Shown piece after piece: positions 60,383 through 64,000 of a stretch of DNA of 64,000 bases (positions are counted from its first letter, which is position 1; each line of letters begins with the position of its first letter). The translations under genes and the position numbers were made by a program. This DNA is from Heteronotia binoei (Eukaryota), in assembly GCF_032191835.1 (NCBI RefSeq), contig NC_083233.1, forward strand, positions 23,064,001 to 23,128,000, written 5' to 3'. The notes below the pieces were generated by a model, which saw only the letters and a list, made by a program, of their open reading frames with translations, was not told the DNA's origin and did not search any database.

Positions 60383-60884
60383 CCCCAGTTGAGGGCAGGG
60401 GACCCCCTGGTTTGGAGGCCCTCTCCCTGCTTCAGGGTCATCAGAAAGTGGGGGGAGGGAAATGTCTGCGGCGTACTCCATTATACCCTTTGGAGACCAA
60501 TTCCCATAGGGTATAATGGAGACTCAATTCATGGGTATTGAGGGCTCTGTAGGGGACTGTTTTTTGAAGTAGAGGCCCCACATTTTCAGCATAGCATCTG
60601 GTGGCTCTCTTCAAAACACCCTCCAAATTTCACAAAGATTGGACCAGGGGGTCCATTTCTCTCAGCCCTAAAAGAAGTGTCCTATCTATTATTTCCATTG
60701 GAAGGAAGACATTTTAAAGGACTGTGGTCCTTTTAAATGTGATGGCCAGAACTCCCTTTGGAGTTCAGTCATACTTGCCACACCCTTGCTCCTGGCTCCA
60801 CCCCCAAAGTCCCCAGATATTTCTTGAGTCGAACCTGGCAACCCTAAATATAGCAGATCATTTTTTTTCCTAAAAGCAGAAGAG

Positions 60885-61495
60885 ATTGGATTTATACCTC
60901 GCCCTTTGCTACCTGAAAGAGTCTCAGAGCAGCTTAACAATCTCCTTTCCCTTTCCCTCCTCACAACGGACCCTGTGAGCAATACTCCCTCTAAGCTGTG
61001 GAGTCCTATGAGCAAAGATTCTGCTTTGAGCTACTGCATTAAAGTTGTGAGCAAAAGATTTGGCTACTGCATAAATTAGTTTGCTCTGGGGCCATCCTTC
61101 CTGAGCTAAGACAAAAATGTGTGAGCCAGAGGCTGAAAAACTGAGCTAGCTCACACTAACTCAGCTGAGAAGGAACACTGCCTGTGAGGTAGGTGGGGCC
61201 GAGAGAGCTCTCCCATAACTCTACAGCAGGGGTGGCCAACGGTAGCTCTCCAGATGTTTTTTGCCTACAACTCCCATCAGCCCCAGCCAGCATGGCCAAT
61301 GGCTGGGGCTGATGGAAATTGTAGGCAAAAAAACCTCTGGAGAGCTACTATTGGCCACCGTGCTCTACAGCTCTGAGAGAACTTGTGGTTGACTCAAGGT
61401 CACATCAGCAGGTGCAAGTGGAGGAGTGGGAAATCAAACCCAGTTCTCCCAGATAAGAGTCCGCGCATTTAACCACTATACCAAACTGGCTCTCT
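60885..61495 (-). mobile_element. tRNA SINE interrupted by two hAT MITEs
   Basis: MITE 60980-61180 (TSD CCTGTGAG) and MITE 61227-61362 (TSD CTCTACAG). Confidence 0.8.
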
Positions 61496-61814
61496 AAAAG
61501 GTTTGGAAAGACAGGAAATGAGGTATGCACAGCTAACCAGCTTTTCATTACTTGATAGCAAAGATACCTTTCCGACTGCAAAAGGCTTGAACTGTCATGA
61601 AACGATGTGTGGATTATGTACCACCAAGCTGCAGCTGACTTACAGTAACCCCTCATGGGGGTTTTCAAGACAAGAGAGGTGGTTCACCGTTGCCTGCTTC
61701 TGCATAGTGACCCTGGGCTTCCTTGGTGTTTTTCCATCTAAGTACTAACCAGGGCTGACCCTGCTTAGCTTCTGATATCTGATTTCACTTGGCTAGTCTG
61801 GGCATCATGGAATT

Positions 61815-62112
61815 AAGGTAAAGGTAGTCCCCTGTGCAAGCACCAGTCGTTTCTGACTCTGGGGTGACATCGTATCATGACGTTTTCATGGCAGACTTTT
61901 TATGGGGTGGTTTGCCATTGCCTTCCCCAGTCATCAACACTCCCCCCCCTCTCCCCCCACCCCAGCAAGCTGGGTACTCATTTTACCGACCTCGGAAGGA
62001 TGGAAAGCTGAGTCAACCTTGAGCCGGCTACTTGAACCCAGCTTCCACCGGGATCGAACTCAGGTCGTGAGCAGAGCTTAGGACTGCAGTACTGCAGCTT
62101 TACCACTCTGCG
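61815..62112 (+). mobile_element. Sauria SINE
   Basis: aaggtaaaggtagtcccctgtgcaagcacc...cagctttaccactctgcg. Confidence 0.85.
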
Positions 62113-63238
62113 AATTATGGCCAGAACTATTTTAATGTTTTGTGCAATACAGTCTGTTCTGCCATAAAAGTTTCTTATCCACCTACATGCTAAATTAGCT
62201 TCCCCATTCTAATACCAGAAAAGAAGTTCTGTGCCATGGAGACACTGGCTCCAATACCACTGCTGTCACTTCCTCAAAATGTCTAAACTTCCCTGTCCTT
62301 TTCCTGTCTTCTGAACCGACTCTAGGACCACATGGAGTGCACTAAGACATAGAAAGTGCAGTGCCATCGTGTGGCTAAGATCTGCCTCTGCACTGCTTGC
62401 CCAGAAGCTCTAACTCTAGCAGAGAGCACAGGGGTCCAGTAATTCTGTGAAATGTTGCTGCGTAGTTTATCTTATGGGGGCGAAGAAACATAATGGCCTT
62501 AACAAAGCACATTTCTAGGCACTGGTTTGCTCTGAATTCTAAGGGTGCCGCTGCCAGTCTGGGTGTTTCTCCTTTGCCACAGATGTTATTGATACAAAGA
62601 AACACATCGTAATGGGGTGGCTTTAGTAATCTTGCAGTAAAAAAAGAATCAGGTGGTGCCTCAGAGAACAGCACATATATTATAGTATAAATTTTGTGGA
62701 CTTACTGGTCTGAGCCAAAGTCCAGGGCCGTCCTCTTTCTGTGTCACTGTGCCATCTCTTTTCTCTCACTGAGAGACAGTGTGGTGTTGTCGGTTAACAG
62801 ACTAGCATCTGGAGATGCAGGTTCAAATCCCCATGCATGCCAGGAAAACTTGCTGGGTGACCTTGGGCCAGGCAAACACTCTCAACTTAACCTACTGTGA
62901 GGATATAATGTGAGGATAAAATGGAGAATCCTGTGAGGATAAAATGGAGAATTATGTTAGGTGTTTTGTGTCTGCATTGGAGAGAAAGGCACAGTATAAA
63001 TGAATTTAATTATGATAAATTTCCACCATGCTATCCATGGGCTCATTTGTTTATATCCATTGCTGGTGACTTTAAAAAAAAAACAGAAGAAATTATTTAC
63101 TGCAAGAACACAGATGCTTATCACCCAGTATTGAGACAATATGCCTCCTCTTGACATACTGAATCAAATTGTATCCATTGGATGCACTAATCACCTCAGT
63201 TTGAAGGCCCAAGCAAAAGTATGGACAGTGTTTTCTTG

Positions 63239-63417
63239 TCCTTTTGTCCTTCACGGCATTTCCTGTTCTTACAGGGTTTTTTCCCCCTCCTGGATTTTCA
63301 AGACATAGGTTTATTCGTTCTGATTTTGGCTGGTCAGAACGAATAAACCTATGTCTTAAAAATCTAGGAGGGGAAAAAATCCTGGAAGAACAGGAAATGC
63401 TGTGAAGGACAAAAGGA
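63239..63417. repeat. Near-perfect palindrome, about 85-bp arms, 10-nt loop
   Basis: tccttttgtccttcacggcatttcctgttc...ttattcgttctga / tcagaacgaataa...gaacaggaaatgctgtgaaggacaaaagga. Confidence 0.85.
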
Positions 63418-64000
63418 AAATTACATTACAAAACTGGATATTATAACGCTGTTGAACTTAGAGCATCTTTAGCCAGTATTAGTCTTGGACATTTGAAATC
63501 TGAAACAAAAGAATATTCTGTCCTTTAAATAACACACATAGATGTAGGCAAGTAGAATCCTGCTGAAGATGTACAAATATGAACTGTATTTCTATTGACT
63601 CTTTGATCTGGGATGTAAATTCAAACAAAGAAGTATCTCCCCATTAGTGGGGAAATTGAACCAGTTGTCCTAGAAATTGTTTCTATAAAAATGGCAAGGG
63701 CGGTTAAGTAAAAAGAGAAAGGATTTTTCCAAGATCCATATTTTTGCTTGGGCCTTCAGACTGAGGCGATTAGTGCATTCAACGGATACAATTCCATCTT
63801 TGTTATCCAAAGCATAAGATCTACAATTCTGATTATCCATGACAGAGAACAAACATGTTCAGACGTCTGTCCACAGGAAAAAAAAGTAGCTCTGGGTTTA
63901 CTGAGGCAGTTAAACAAACGTATGTACACACAAGTTGCTAAAAATGCCAGTCCACAGCTGGGTTTCACCAGCTAGTCTTGATTTCTAGATGGAGGAGGCA

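Overview
Vertebrate genomic DNA, most likely a squamate reptile (gecko-like SINE/MITE content; inference). It holds four protein-coding genes that I could assemble exon by exon with consistent splice phases. On the minus strand is the nested bicistronic CMC4/MTCP1 locus (CMC4 75 aa; MTCP1 about 111 aa, with its coding exons lying between the promoter and the CMC4 coding exons). It shares a CpG-rich bidirectional promoter (about 17.2-17.7 kb) with BRCC3 (+, 8 exons, 260 aa JAMM deubiquitinase, one AT-AC U12 intron). A TMEM47-like claudin/PMP22-family gene (+, 3 exons, 173 aa) follows at 40.8-55.1 kb. The rest is dense with tRNA- and 5S-derived SINEs, Sauria SINEs, CR1/L1/Penelope remnants and several hAT-type MITE families with 8-bp TSDs, often nested. 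The most unusual items are two long inverted-dimer insertions flanked by 11-16 bp direct repeats, hammerhead-ribozyme-like motifs in Penelope-like remnants, a probable GC-AG intron plus uORFs in MTCP1, and fully palindromic MITEs. I found no convincing evidence of a wholly new multi-gene system; most short ORFs in the track are repeat-derived or chance. Repeat family names are from recall and need a RepeatMasker/Dfam check.
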